DNA from: Acidothermaceae bacterium
GTDB taxonomy: Bacteria; Actinomycetota; Actinomycetes; Acidothermales; Acidothermaceae
Direction of reading: 5' to 3'
Assembly (NCBI GenBank): GCA_036510735.1
Contig: DATCDK010000240.1
Coordinates: 3,113-67,112 of the forward strand
Length of the DNA stretch: 64,000 nt
The position numbers and the translations under genes were made by a program. Positions 9,567 to 18,497 of the stretch are shown here, piece by piece; position 1 is the stretch's first letter, and every line of letters starts with the position of its first letter. The notes beneath the pieces are model-generated. The model was given only the letters and a program-made list of their open reading frames with translations, did no database searches and was not told where the DNA came from.

Positions 9567-11071
9567 CAGAACGGGAAGGCTCTCGGCTCGCTCCGCGATG
9601 TTATCCATTGAAGGTCGCAGAACTCTTCCGCCGCAAAGCCGACCCCGAACCGACCCCAGCCGCTGTCCTTCATGCCGCCGAACGGCATCTGTGGCTCGTC
9701 GTTCACGGTCTGGTCATTCACATGAATGATCCCTGCGTCGAGCGCGCGCGCCACAACCATGCCTTCTTCGACAGTGGCGGCCAGCACCGCCGCGCATAGC
9801 CCGAACCGCGACTCATTGGTCCGCCGGATTGCATCGGCTGCGTCATCGACAACGTCGATGATCACGACGGGGCCGAAGGTTTCATCTAGTGAGAGTTCAG
9901 CCTCCGGCGGCACGTCCGCGAGGATCGTCGGCGGGTAGCACGGTGGGCTTGCGACTCCGCCGGCGAGCACGCGGGCTCCAAGCGCGACGGCTTCCTCGAC
10001 CCGCCGGGTGATGAGCGACAACGCCCACCTGCTGATCAGCGGGCCGATGACGGTATGTGGATCGCGGGGGTCGCCCACAGGCAACTCCGCGACCCGCGCC
10101 ACGAGGCGTTGCGTGAACTGTTGCGCAATAGACCGCTCGACCAGTATTCGCCGTACGCACATACAGATTTGGCCCTGGTGAACGAAGGCACCGTACGCCG
10201 CGGCTTCGACTGCGTATTGCAAGTCGGCACCCGCGAGCACGATCAGCGGATTCTGCCCACTGAGCTGAAGAACCACGCGCTTGAGGTTGCGCCCAGCTGC
10301 CTCTGCGAGTCGACGACCGGTAGCAGTCGACCCGGTGAAGTTGATTCTGCGTACCAGCGGATTGGTGATCAATTCATCGCCGATCCCGCCAGCTTCGCCA
10401 GGCGCGTGCGTGACTACGTTGAGAACGCCCGCCGGCAATCCGGCGTCCTCGAAGAGCTGCGCCCAAAAGGTGCCGCCCGTCGATGGGGATTCCTCCGACG
10501 GCTTTAGCACCACGGTGTTGCCGAGTGCGAGCGGGCCAGCGATTGCGCGCCCCGCGAGCGTCAGCGACGCGTTCCACGGCGCGATTGCGCCGACCACGCC
10601 AACCGGTCTGCGCGTCGCTATCGCGTGCGTTCCGGGTACGTCTGACGGCAAGACTTGACCGGACGGCGAGTGCGCCAGGTTCGCGACCTGACGCAACAGC
10701 GACACCGCGAACTCGATCTGAATGTTGGCAAAATGCCGGCCGCATCCGGTTTCGACCGCGAGCTCGGCCACGACCGCAGGTCTGCGCCGCGAAAGGTCGT
10801 CGGCGGCGCGCAGGAACACCCTCTTTCGATCGTTGGGCGTCGTGGCCGCCCACGCCGGAAAGGCGTTGTGTGCCGCCTCGATAGCACGTCGCGCGTCATC
10901 GCTATCGCCGGCAGCAGCGGAAGCGATGACGGCGCCGTCCCATGGGCTGATGCTTTCGTATTCGCGACCACTGACGGAGTCGCACCACTGTCCGTCGATG
11001 TAGTGGCGAAGCCGCCTCGGCGGGTTGGACGGGCTGGCCGGAGGCTGCGTACTAACCGTGCTCGCTGACAA
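9566..11071 (-). CDS. Aldehyde dehydrogenase family protein with a non-canonical active-site motif (Gln in place of the general-base Glu)
   Basis: 501 aa, TTG start. Has IAPWNASL, FTGSTATGR and the catalytic-Cys motif FVHQGQICMCVRR. It reads VVLQLSGQNP where the two other ALDHs in this window read HLELGGNS and VLELGGSD. Confidence 0.85.
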   Translation of the reverse strand: MSASTVSTQPPASPSNPPRRLRHYIDGQWCDSVSGREYESISPWDGAVIASAAAGDSDDARRAIEAAHNAFPAWAATTPNDRKRVFLRAADDLSRRRPAVVAELAVETGCGRHFANIQIEFAVSLLRQVANLAHSPSGQVLPSDVPGTHAIATRRPVGVVGAIAPWNASLTLAGRAIAGPLALGNTVVLKPSEESPSTGGTFWAQLFEDAGLPAGVLNVVTHAPGEAGGIGDELITNPLVRRINFTGSTATGRRLAEAAGRNLKRVVLQLSGQNPLIVLAGADLQYAVEAAAYGAFVHQGQICMCVRRILVERSIAQQFTQRLVARVAELPVGDPRDPHTVIGPLISRWALSLITRRVEEAVALGARVLAGGVASPPCYPPTILADVPPEAELSLDETFGPVVIIDVVDDAADAIRRTNESRFGLCAAVLAATVEEGMVVARALDAGIIHVNDQTVNDEPQMPFGGMKDSGWGRFGVGFAAEEFCDLQWITSRSEPRAFPF

Positions 11072-12125
11072 CGCCGCCTCCCTCGTTCGCGATGACCGGT
11101 AGCTTCTCAGGTCGCGTGAGCCGATATCCGACGGGCAGCAGTTGGAAGTGCAGTCGATCGGTCAGCAGGCTCCACAGTCCTCTGGGCAGGAACAGTGCGA
11201 AGCCCATCGCGACCACACCAAGGCCGATGAGATACCAGGCGCCCTCGTCGGCAAAGTTGTATTGGATGACAAAGAACACGATGGCACCGATGATCGGCCC
11301 CTCGAAGGTGCCGAGGCCGCCGACGAGCACCATGAAGATCATGTACGCCGTGTACTGAACACCGAAGATCGACGTCGGCTGGATGAACGACGTGTTGGCA
11401 AGGATTAGCGCACCGGCGGCCCCGCAGCCGAAGCCCGCGAGCACGAACAGCAAGAACCGCAGCGGCCGGACGCGGACACCAACCGATGCCGCGGCCTCCT
11501 CGTCGTCGCGAATCGCCTGCAACGCCGCTCCGGTTCGTCTGCGCAGCAGCAAGAAGACCGAACCGAGCAGCAGCACCATGAACGCCAGAGACAGCCAATA
11601 GGTGTAGTCGCGGCGGTCGGTGATCGAGTACCGGTTCAGGCCGTGGAGCGAGATGCCCGAGCCGCCGCCCATGCTGTGATCGAGGGTGACGAGCAGGGCG
11701 AGCACTTCGGCGACGACCCACGTTCCGACCGCGAACTGTCCGCCGCGCAACGGCAGCACAAGGAGCGATTCGATCGCTGCCAGTGCCGCGGAGGCGAATG
11801 CCGCGATGACAACCGCCAGATACGGCGTCACGCCGTGCTGGGTCAAGAAGATGACGCTGTACGCGCCGAAACCGATGAACGCCTGTTGGCCGACAGAAAC
11901 CATTCCGCCGTAGCCAGCAAGGGCATTCCACATGATGGCGAGGATCAGAAACGTAAACAGGCTCGTCAGTTGCTGCACTGCGTTTGCGCCCATCACTTCG
12001 GGCACCAGGAACAGCGCAACCACAAGCACAAGCGATACGACAGAGGCGACGGCCGAAGCGCGCGTCGATCGTCGGACGAGCCACCCAGAGCTGCTCCCTA
12101 TCGGGCCGCCCCGCACGGTGGTCAT
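11052..12125 (-). CDS. Branched-chain-type ABC transporter permease (LivM-like)
   Basis: ATG 12125 with an ATGA overlap with the upstream permease. Multi-TM protein with LILAIMWNALAGYGGMVSVGQQAF and ALQAIRDDEEAAASVGV, which are typical of LivM. Confidence 0.85.
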   Translation of the reverse strand: MTTVRGGPIGSSSGWLVRRSTRASAVASVVSLVLVVALFLVPEVMGANAVQQLTSLFTFLILAIMWNALAGYGGMVSVGQQAFIGFGAYSVIFLTQHGVTPYLAVVIAAFASAALAAIESLLVLPLRGGQFAVGTWVVAEVLALLVTLDHSMGGGSGISLHGLNRYSITDRRDYTYWLSLAFMVLLLGSVFLLLRRRTGAALQAIRDDEEAAASVGVRVRPLRFLLFVLAGFGCGAAGALILANTSFIQPTSIFGVQYTAYMIFMVLVGGLGTFEGPIIGAIVFFVIQYNFADEGAWYLIGLGVVAMGFALFLPRGLWSLLTDRLHFQLLPVGYRLTRPEKLPVIANEGGGVVSEHG

Positions 12126-13000
12126 CTCGCCGTGCTCCGGCTCGCGAGGATGCGTCCTCGAGGACTCGCAAGGACCGCGAGAAATACGAGGTGGCCAGCG
12201 AGGATCGAGTACCGCGGGTCGATATTGGCTCCGATCGTTTGCGCAATGCCCAGCACGATGCCGCCGCCCAGCGTTCCCCACAGCGAGCCGAGCCCGCCGA
12301 TCACGACGGCTTCGAACGCGAAGATCAGCTGTGTCGGCCCGCTGGAGGGTTGAAACGTCGATCTAATGGCGAGAAACGCGCCGGCCAGCGTGGCAGTCGC
12401 CAGCGCGATCGCAGTGGCTTTGGCATATACCGACCACGCGGGGATGCCGACGAGCGCTGCAGTGTCGGGGTCGAGCGCCGTTGCGCGCATCTCCCGCCCG
12501 AAGGGCGTGCGGCGCAGCGTCAGTTGTAAACCGCCCAGTACAACGACGGCGAGCACGAGCACGAGAAGGCCGATGTAGGGGACCGCAAGTCGCGAATTGA
12601 TCACCCAGCTTTTGGTGGAGATCGTGCCGGCCTTCGCACCGAGCGAGCGAACATCCGGTGAGTAGGCCTGCAGCAGGCCGTTCTGGATCACGATCGACAG
12701 ACCGAACGTGGTCAGCAACGGGATTAACGGTCCGCCGCGCAGGCTGCGCGCCAGCACGCTGCGCTGCAGGACGTAGCCGAACGCGGCCATGATCGGGAGC
12801 ACCGGCAGGAGCGCGATGAACGGCGACACGTGGTAGGTGAACGAGACTTCCCACACCAGGAAGGCGCCGAGCACGGCGATGTCGCCGTGCGCGAGGTTGA
12901 TGATCCGCATGACGCCGAACATGAGTGACAAGCCGCACGCAAACAATGCATAGAGGCCGCCGAGCAGCAGGCCCTGCACGACGGCGTTGACCCAACTCAT
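12122..13000 (-). CDS. Branched-chain-type ABC transporter permease (LivH-like)
   Basis: ATG 13000 (MSWVNAVVQGLLLGGLYALFACGLSLMFGVMRIINLAHGD). ATGA overlap with the upstream ATPase. Confidence 0.85.
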   Translation of the reverse strand: MSWVNAVVQGLLLGGLYALFACGLSLMFGVMRIINLAHGDIAVLGAFLVWEVSFTYHVSPFIALLPVLPIMAAFGYVLQRSVLARSLRGGPLIPLLTTFGLSIVIQNGLLQAYSPDVRSLGAKAGTISTKSWVINSRLAVPYIGLLVLVLAVVVLGGLQLTLRRTPFGREMRATALDPDTAALVGIPAWSVYAKATAIALATATLAGAFLAIRSTFQPSSGPTQLIFAFEAVVIGGLGSLWGTLGGGIVLGIAQTIGANIDPRYSILAGHLVFLAVLASPRGRILASRSTAR

Positions 13001-13713
13001 GTCGATCCCTGCGCTCGAAGGCCAAAATATGCCTCGGTGATGAGTTCGCGACTGACCGACGCGGTAGCGGCCTCGAGCACAATCTTGCCTTCCAGGATGC
13101 AAATCACCCGGTCGGCGACCGACATCGCGCGGCGCAGATCCTGTTCGACCAGCACGACGGTTGAGCCCGACTTGATCAGCGACGTGAGCGACTCGTACAC
13201 CGCATCTACCGCGATTGGCGCGAGACCAAGCGATACCTCGTCGACCATGAGCAGTCGCGGGTTGGTCATGAGCGCTCGACCGATTGAGGTTGCCTGCTGT
13301 TCACCGCCGGACAGCTGCGAGGCCTTCTTGTTGCGCAGCGGTTTGAGCATCGGGAACGCAGCCACCACGGTCTCGACCGTCCAGGGGCCAGGCTTCGCGC
13401 GTCGGCCCGCAACGAGCAGGTTCTCCTCGACCGTGAGATCGGCGAACAGCTTGCGCCCTTCGGGCACAAGGGCGATTCCCAGAGCAACTCGTCGATGCGC
13501 GGGCACGCCGGTGATGTCGACGTCATCGAATCGAACCGATCCAGCGGAGGCAGGGTGTGCGCCGGCGAGTGTTCGCAGCATCGTGGACTTACCTGCACCG
13601 TTGGCACCGACCAGGGCGACGGTTTCGCCTTGACTCACGGTGAAGCTCACCCCGCGCACGGCTTGCAGGAGTCCGTGACGAGCGTGCAAGTCCTGAACTT
13701 CCAGCAGGGTCAC
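12997..13713 (-). CDS. ABC transporter ATP-binding protein (LivF-like)
   Basis: GTG 13713 with a GTGA overlap. Walker A GANGAGKST, signature LSGGEQQ, Walker B LLMVDE. Confidence 0.85.
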   Translation of the reverse strand: MTLLEVQDLHARHGLLQAVRGVSFTVSQGETVALVGANGAGKSTMLRTLAGAHPASAGSVRFDDVDITGVPAHRRVALGIALVPEGRKLFADLTVEENLLVAGRRAKPGPWTVETVVAAFPMLKPLRNKKASQLSGGEQQATSIGRALMTNPRLLMVDEVSLGLAPIAVDAVYESLTSLIKSGSTVVLVEQDLRRAMSVADRVICILEGKIVLEAATASVSRELITEAYFGLRAQGST

Positions 13714-14477
13714 GGGCCTGCCTTCCCCAGATACGCGTCGACAACGGCGGCGTCGCGAAGCACGACGTCCGGCTTGCCGCTCGCGATCACCCTCCCGGCG
13801 TCCATCGCGACGAGTCGATCGATGACCTGGAGCAGCAGATGCACGATGTGCTCGATCCACACAATGCTGATCCCGCGGGCTCTTACCCGCCGGATCGTAT
13901 CGACCAACTGTGCGGCCTCGGCGTCGGTCAGACCGCCACCAATCTCGTCCAACAACAGCACCTGAGGATCCGTCGCCAACGACCTCGCCAACTCCAGGCG
14001 CTTGCGATGCAACAGTCCCAAACTCTCTGCGCGCCGATTGGCCAGGTCGATCAGCCCACACAGTTCCAGGACCTCGACAGACTTGTCATATGCAGCAGAC
14101 TTGCTGAGACCTGCGCCGTACGACGCACCAACTAGGACGTTCTCGAGCACCGACATCGCACCGAACGGGCGCGGGATCTGAAACGCCCGCCCTACTCCAA
14201 GGCGGCAGCGTTGTTCTGACCGCATGTGCGTGATGTCTTGCGCGCCCAGATGCACTGTTCCTGCGCTGGGCGCGAGTGAACCGGAAAGTACGTTCAGCAG
14301 TGTGGTCTTGCCGGCGCCGTTCGGGCCGACGATGCCGACCGCTTCGGCGCCTACTTGGAAGTCGACCTTGTCGAGCACCTGCAAGGAGCCGAACCTTTTA
14401 GACAAGCCAACCCCGACCAGCCGAAGCTGATCGGGGTGGGTTGACCCGGTGTATGAACCGGCCGGTGCGTCGCTCAC
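13710..14477 (-). CDS. ABC transporter ATP-binding protein (LivG-like)
   Basis: GTG 14477 with a GTGA overlap with the SBP stop. Walker A GPNGAGKTT and Walker B LLLDE. Confidence 0.85.
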   Translation of the reverse strand: MSDAPAGSYTGSTHPDQLRLVGVGLSKRFGSLQVLDKVDFQVGAEAVGIVGPNGAGKTTLLNVLSGSLAPSAGTVHLGAQDITHMRSEQRCRLGVGRAFQIPRPFGAMSVLENVLVGASYGAGLSKSAAYDKSVEVLELCGLIDLANRRAESLGLLHRKRLELARSLATDPQVLLLDEIGGGLTDAEAAQLVDTIRRVRARGISIVWIEHIVHLLLQVIDRLVAMDAGRVIASGKPDVVLRDAAVVDAYLGKAGP

Positions 14478-15919
14478 GCGCCGTAGGGCTGCAGCGAGCC
14501 TGCGATGGGAATGTTCGGGTCGGAGGAGTGCTCGCAGATCACGAACGCGAGCTTGTAAGGACCGGACGGCGCCTTGACCCACTGACCGCCGATGATCGGC
14601 GTCACCACGACGTTGGCATTGGGACCCTTGCCCCACTGCAAATGCCCGACCGGCGTCCTCACGTCAAGCGTGCTGATGGCCGTGGCGACCGCAGTCTTGT
14701 CTTGGGGGTTCGACGACGCAGCCAAGGCTGCCGCCGCTACGTCGAAGAGGGCAAGGCTCGCACCCAATTGCTGGTTCCACTGCTTGCCTGATGCAGTCTG
14801 ATAGCCGGTGGCCAGGTCCGCGGAGCTGATGCCCGTCAGCGACGACGAGTACGGCCACGTCGGATCCCAGTAGACGCCGCTGGCGAGCCCGACCCCGATC
14901 GCACCGAGGGATTCGACCTGAGACGGGAAGAGTCCGGTCTTGGCGATCTGAGCGATCTTTGGTTTGTAGCCCTGCTGTGCAGCTTGCTGCCAGAACGTCG
15001 CGAAGTCAGGCGGGATCGGGAAGGTATTGAAGATTTCGCAGTCGCCGGACTTGAACTTGTTGATTTGCGACGTGTAGTCGTTCGTGCCATCGGTGTAGGC
15101 GCCCGGATCGACGATCGTGTACCCCGCCTTGGTCAACAGCGGGCCTAGTGCGGATCTGATGGCGTTCCCATCGGCATCGTTGGGCCACATGACGCCGACC
15201 TTCTTGTTGGTCGACACCTGCGGCCACATCGTGGTGTAGGCGTTGGCGAACTGCTGGACACCGAAGCAGAAGTGGTACACGAATTTGAACGCGTGGTTGT
15301 CCCCTGGCTTCGCGCCTCGACCGTAGTACCACGATTCCCACGGCACAACGGTCGATATGCACGGCACTCCCGCCGCCTCGCAGGCGTCGGAGACCGGGTT
15401 GACCTGCTCCGGTGTCGACGTGGTGAGCATCAGGTCGATCTTGGAGCCGTTGATCAGATCGTTAGCCACCTGAGCGGCTCGAGCCGGGTCGGACTGCCCG
15501 TCCTTGTCGATGATCTGGACATCCCATGTCTTGTCGCCGATTTGGATGCCCTTGGCGGCGAACGCCTTCCGGGCAAGACCGAGCACGTAGCCGTCAGGCT
15601 CACCGAAACCGGCGGCGGGCCCGGTGATCGGGCTCACGTAGCCGATCTTCAGCGTGCCTGCCCTCGGCCCGGCCGAGGCCGCCGCGGCGGGGGTCGAAGC
15701 CGCCGTCGTGGCCGCTGTGGACGCGGACGCAGGTGGTGCCGCTGCTGTCGTGGGCGCGGCGCTCGAGGCTGCCGCTGGCGTCTTCTTGCTGCTCGAGCAA
15801 GCCGCGAGGAGCGGGCTCGTGAACGCGAGCGCTGAGGCGCCTAAGCCGGCAGCGCGTAGGAAATTCCGCCGGCTGATGGCCGCCTGGACGACCTCGGGCT
15901 GGGAAGAAGGGTCCACCAT
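14474..15919 (-). CDS. Liv-type (Peripla_BP_6-like) ABC substrate-binding lipoprotein with Tat signal; likely aromatic-acid binding
   Basis: ORF track start is 15928 (GTG); ATG 15919 or GTG 15916 sit better behind GGAGG. Twin-arginine SRRNFLRAAGLG, lipobox LLAAC, then about 60 aa of Ala/Thr/Ser/Pro linker before the binding domain (LKIGYVSPITGPAAGFG). Confidence 0.85.
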   Translation of the reverse strand: MVDPSSQPEVVQAAISRRNFLRAAGLGASALAFTSPLLAACSSSKKTPAAASSAAPTTAAAPPASASTAATTAASTPAAAASAGPRAGTLKIGYVSPITGPAAGFGEPDGYVLGLARKAFAAKGIQIGDKTWDVQIIDKDGQSDPARAAQVANDLINGSKIDLMLTTSTPEQVNPVSDACEAAGVPCISTVVPWESWYYGRGAKPGDNHAFKFVYHFCFGVQQFANAYTTMWPQVSTNKKVGVMWPNDADGNAIRSALGPLLTKAGYTIVDPGAYTDGTNDYTSQINKFKSGDCEIFNTFPIPPDFATFWQQAAQQGYKPKIAQIAKTGLFPSQVESLGAIGVGLASGVYWDPTWPYSSSLTGISSADLATGYQTASGKQWNQQLGASLALFDVAAAALAASSNPQDKTAVATAISTLDVRTPVGHLQWGKGPNANVVVTPIIGGQWVKAPSGPYKLAFVICEHSSDPNIPIAGSLQPYGA

Positions 15920-15983
15920 GACCTCCACGATTGCGGGTAAGTGGCCGAAACGTAAGAGTCGGCGTGCTGGCCGTCAACGACTT

Positions 15984-16000
15984 GTTTCACTAGGTGGAAC
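15984..16000. promoter_or_regulatory. Palindrome GTTTCAC-TAG-GTGGAAC in the ABC-operon / IclR divergent intergenic region
   Basis: 6/7 matching arms. Core TTTCA-N5-TGGAA has the same architecture as the 20429 site. It lies 22 nt upstream of the IclR ATG (16022). Confidence 0.35.
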
Positions 16001-16021
16001 ACTTTGGGTTACGATTCGAAC

Positions 16022-16861
16022 ATGGCCGTCGGTGACCCAGAACAGCGAGCGCCAGCCGCGACGAGTGCCACCGCAGGGTTTTCGCAGTCTCTTGAGCGTG
16101 GATTGCAGATTCTGGCGGCGTTCAACGAGCTCCGCCCGGTGCTGGGCATTGCCGACATTGCCCGTGCCGTCGATCTGAACAAGAGCACGACCTATCGCTA
16201 CGTCGCGACACTGGCCCGCTTGGATTACCTCCAGCAGGACCCCGAAACCAAGAAATACTCTCTCGGCCCGCGGGTGGCCGACCTCGGGTTCGCGGCGATC
16301 AACTCGATGGAGATCACCCGGGTCGCGGCGCGACCACTTCAAGGGCTCGCCGACGAGACCGGACACACGGTCAGCATGGCGGTGCTCGACGGTTCAGACA
16401 TCGTCTACGTGGACCGGCGCCGCAGCGCTCGCGGCGTCCATCTCGCCATGGAACTCAATCTCCACGTCGGCTCCCGGCTACCGGCATACTGCACAGCGCT
16501 CGGGAAAGTCCTGCTGGCGTACCGCGATCCAGCCATCCTGCGGGTGCTGCTCGATCGCACGGACCTGGCCCGTCGGGCGCCGAAGACGATCACCGCCCGC
16601 GAGCAATTGACCTTCGCTCTGGGTCGCATTCGCGAGACCGGCATCGGATTGAATGACGAAGAACTGGCACCCGGGCTGCGCGCGATCGCCGCGCCCGTGC
16701 GCTCCCGATCGGGTGAGGTCATCGCCGCGGTCAGCGTCGTTGTCCCTCTCAGCATCGCCACCGCCCCGATGGAGCAGCTGAGTGCCCGGCTCGAGGCCCC
16801 GCTACGGCGGACGACGAACGAAATCTCCGCCCGGCTCGGGTATCGGGCGCAATCGTCCTAG
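16022..16861 (+). CDS. IclR family transcriptional regulator (PobR/PcaR-like context)
   Basis: ORF track 16004 (TTG); first ATG at 16022. LERGLQILAAFNELRPVLGIADIARAVDLNKSTTYRYVATL is the HTH, followed by a C-terminal IclR effector domain. Divergent from the importer-ALDH-pobA operon. Confidence 0.85.
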   Translation: MAVGDPEQRAPAATSATAGFSQSLERGLQILAAFNELRPVLGIADIARAVDLNKSTTYRYVATLARLDYLQQDPETKKYSLGPRVADLGFAAINSMEITRVAARPLQGLADETGHTVSMAVLDGSDIVYVDRRRSARGVHLAMELNLHVGSRLPAYCTALGKVLLAYRDPAILRVLLDRTDLARRAPKTITAREQLTFALGRIRETGIGLNDEELAPGLRAIAAPVRSRSGEVIAAVSVVVPLSIATAPMEQLSARLEAPLRRTTNEISARLGYRAQSS

Positions 16862-16875
16862 CCAGCGAACCGCTC

Positions 16876-16892
16876 GTTCCAACTATCGGAAC
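16876..16892. promoter_or_regulatory. Palindrome GTTCC-AACTATC-GGAAC upstream of the ALDH/ADH pair
   Basis: Perfect 5-bp arms with core TTCCA-N5-CGGAA. Lies immediately upstream of a candidate -35 element. Confidence 0.3.
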
Positions 16893-16898
16893 AGCTGG

Positions 16899-16927
16899 TT
16901 GATTATTTAGCGCTGCCCGTTTACGGT
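16899..16927 (+). promoter_or_regulatory. Candidate sigma-70-type promoter (TTGATT -17 nt- TACGGT) for the ALDH-ADH operon
   Basis: This is the only AT-richer stretch of the 144-bp intergenic region. The spacing and the TANNNT -10 fit actinobacterial promoters. By-eye prediction only. Confidence 0.25.
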
Positions 16928-16934
16928 CTGGCCA

Positions 16935-16976
16935 CCGCCCCACATCTGGGCTCCGCCCCACATCTGGGCTCCGCCC
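16935..16976. repeat. 18-bp tandem direct repeat CCGCCCCACATCTGGGCT, 2 full copies plus a 6-nt partial
   Basis: Units 16935-16952 and 16953-16970 are identical, and 16971-16976 repeats the first 6 nt. Located between the candidate promoter and the AGGAGG SD (16994-16999) of the ALDH gene. Confidence 0.8.
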
Positions 16977-17005
16977 TCGGTGCGCGCTGACGTAGGAGGC
17001 AACTG

Positions 17006-18466
17006 GTGATCCTGGACGACTCGAGGTGGAAGGGCCAGATCTTCGTCGGCGGAGCATGGGTTCCTGGTGCCGGCGGCGTCGCGGACGTGATCGAACCGGC
17101 GACCGGCGCGACGTTGGCGCAGAGCGGTCTCGCGGGTCCGGCCGATGTCGCGACGGCTGCGGTCAGCGCGAGCGAGGCGCAACGCGAATGGGTTGCGTTG
17201 CCGCACCCGGCGCGCGCGGCCGTGCTGCGCAAGGCCGGCGCGCTCTGGGCTGAGCACGCCGAAGAGATCAGCTGGTGGAACATCCGAGAAGTCGGCGCCA
17301 TCGAGGGCATGGCCGGCTTCGCCGTGCATGTCGCCGAGCAGGAGTGCTACGAAGCGGCCTCGCTTCCGAGCCGACCGTCCGGGGAGATCCTGTCGAGCGA
17401 AGGCCCGCGGCTATCACTCGCCCGTCGGCTGCCCGTCGGCGTTGTCGGCGTCATCTCGCCGTTCAATGTCCCGATCATTCTCGGCATCAGGTCGGTCGCG
17501 CCCGCACTCGCGCTCGGCAACGCCGTCATCCTCAAGCCCGATCCCCGCACCGCGGTTACTGGCGGCGTCACGATCGCCCGCATATTCGAAGAGGCGGGAC
17601 TACCGCCGGGAGTCCTTCAGATGCTGCCCGGCGGTGGTGACGTCGGCGAAGCAATGGTGACGCATCCGTTGGTGAGCGTGATCTCGTTCACCGGTTCGAC
17701 AGCAGCGGGACGCCGGGTAGGCGAACTCGCGGGCAAGCACCTGAAGAGGGTGCATCTCGAACTCGGTGGCAACTCCGCGCTCATCGTCCTGGACGACGCG
17801 GACGTTGACGCAGCAGTCAACCTGGCGGCGTGGGGATCGTTCTTTCACCAGGGTGAGATCTGCATGACGACCGGACGTCACCTCGTGCACACGCGGTTGC
17901 ACGATGAGTTCGTTGAAAAGCTCGCTGCCAAAGCCGCCCACTTGCCCGTCGGTGATCCCGCGTCGGGTCAGGTGGCGTTAGGTCCCCTCATCGATGCGGG
18001 ACAACGCGACAAGGTGCACGGGCTCGTGACATCCAGCGTCGCAGGCGGCGCGAAGCTCGCAGCAGGCGGCAGCTACGAAGGCCTGTTCTACCAGCCGACC
18101 GTACTCACCAATGTCGAGGTTACCTCTCCCGCTTTCGAGCAAGAAGTCTTCGGCCCGGTCGCCCCGGTGATGCGCTTCGCTGATCTCGACGAAGCCGTTC
18201 GAATTGCGACGGCCACTGAGTACGGCTTGTCTCTCGGGATCGTGACGCGTGACGTCATGAAGGGCCTCGACCTGGCCGCACGAATCCCTACCGGAATCGT
18301 GCACATCAATGACCAGACCGTGAACGACGAGGCGAATACCCCGTTCGGTGGCGTTGGTGCTTCAGGTACCGGCTCTCGATTTGGTGGTGCCGCAGCCAAC
18401 ATCGATGCGTTCACCGAGACTCAGTGGGTCACGATGCGCAGCGAGCCGCCGTCGTATCCGTTCTGA
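17006..18466 (+). CDS. NAD(P)+ aromatic aldehyde dehydrogenase (benzaldehyde/vanillin dehydrogenase-like)
   Basis: GTG start 6 nt after AGGAGG. 486 aa with canonical motifs ISPFNVPI, HLELGGNSA and FFHQGEICMTTGR. Confidence 0.9.
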   Translation: MILDDSRWKGQIFVGGAWVPGAGGVADVIEPATGATLAQSGLAGPADVATAAVSASEAQREWVALPHPARAAVLRKAGALWAEHAEEISWWNIREVGAIEGMAGFAVHVAEQECYEAASLPSRPSGEILSSEGPRLSLARRLPVGVVGVISPFNVPIILGIRSVAPALALGNAVILKPDPRTAVTGGVTIARIFEEAGLPPGVLQMLPGGGDVGEAMVTHPLVSVISFTGSTAAGRRVGELAGKHLKRVHLELGGNSALIVLDDADVDAAVNLAAWGSFFHQGEICMTTGRHLVHTRLHDEFVEKLAAKAAHLPVGDPASGQVALGPLIDAGQRDKVHGLVTSSVAGGAKLAAGGSYEGLFYQPTVLTNVEVTSPAFEQEVFGPVAPVMRFADLDEAVRIATATEYGLSLGIVTRDVMKGLDLAARIPTGIVHINDQTVNDEANTPFGGVGASGTGSRFGGAAANIDAFTETQWVTMRSEPPSYPF

Positions 18467-18497
18467 GCACAATCCGTTCCGAGCAAGGGATGCAGCT

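Noticed and set aside
11107-12246. 379-aa alternative-frame ORF over the LivM-like permease; similarly 46007-47458 over the MFS gene and 54072-54866 over the GGDEF gene
   Set aside because: These are same-strand frame-shifted shadows with extreme Arg/Pro content. The annotated frames give proper transmembrane proteins.
16935-16976. C-rich tandem repeat considered as a 6C-type small RNA
   Set aside because: There are no runs of six or more C in predicted loops and no flanking terminator. The position fits a leader or operator better.
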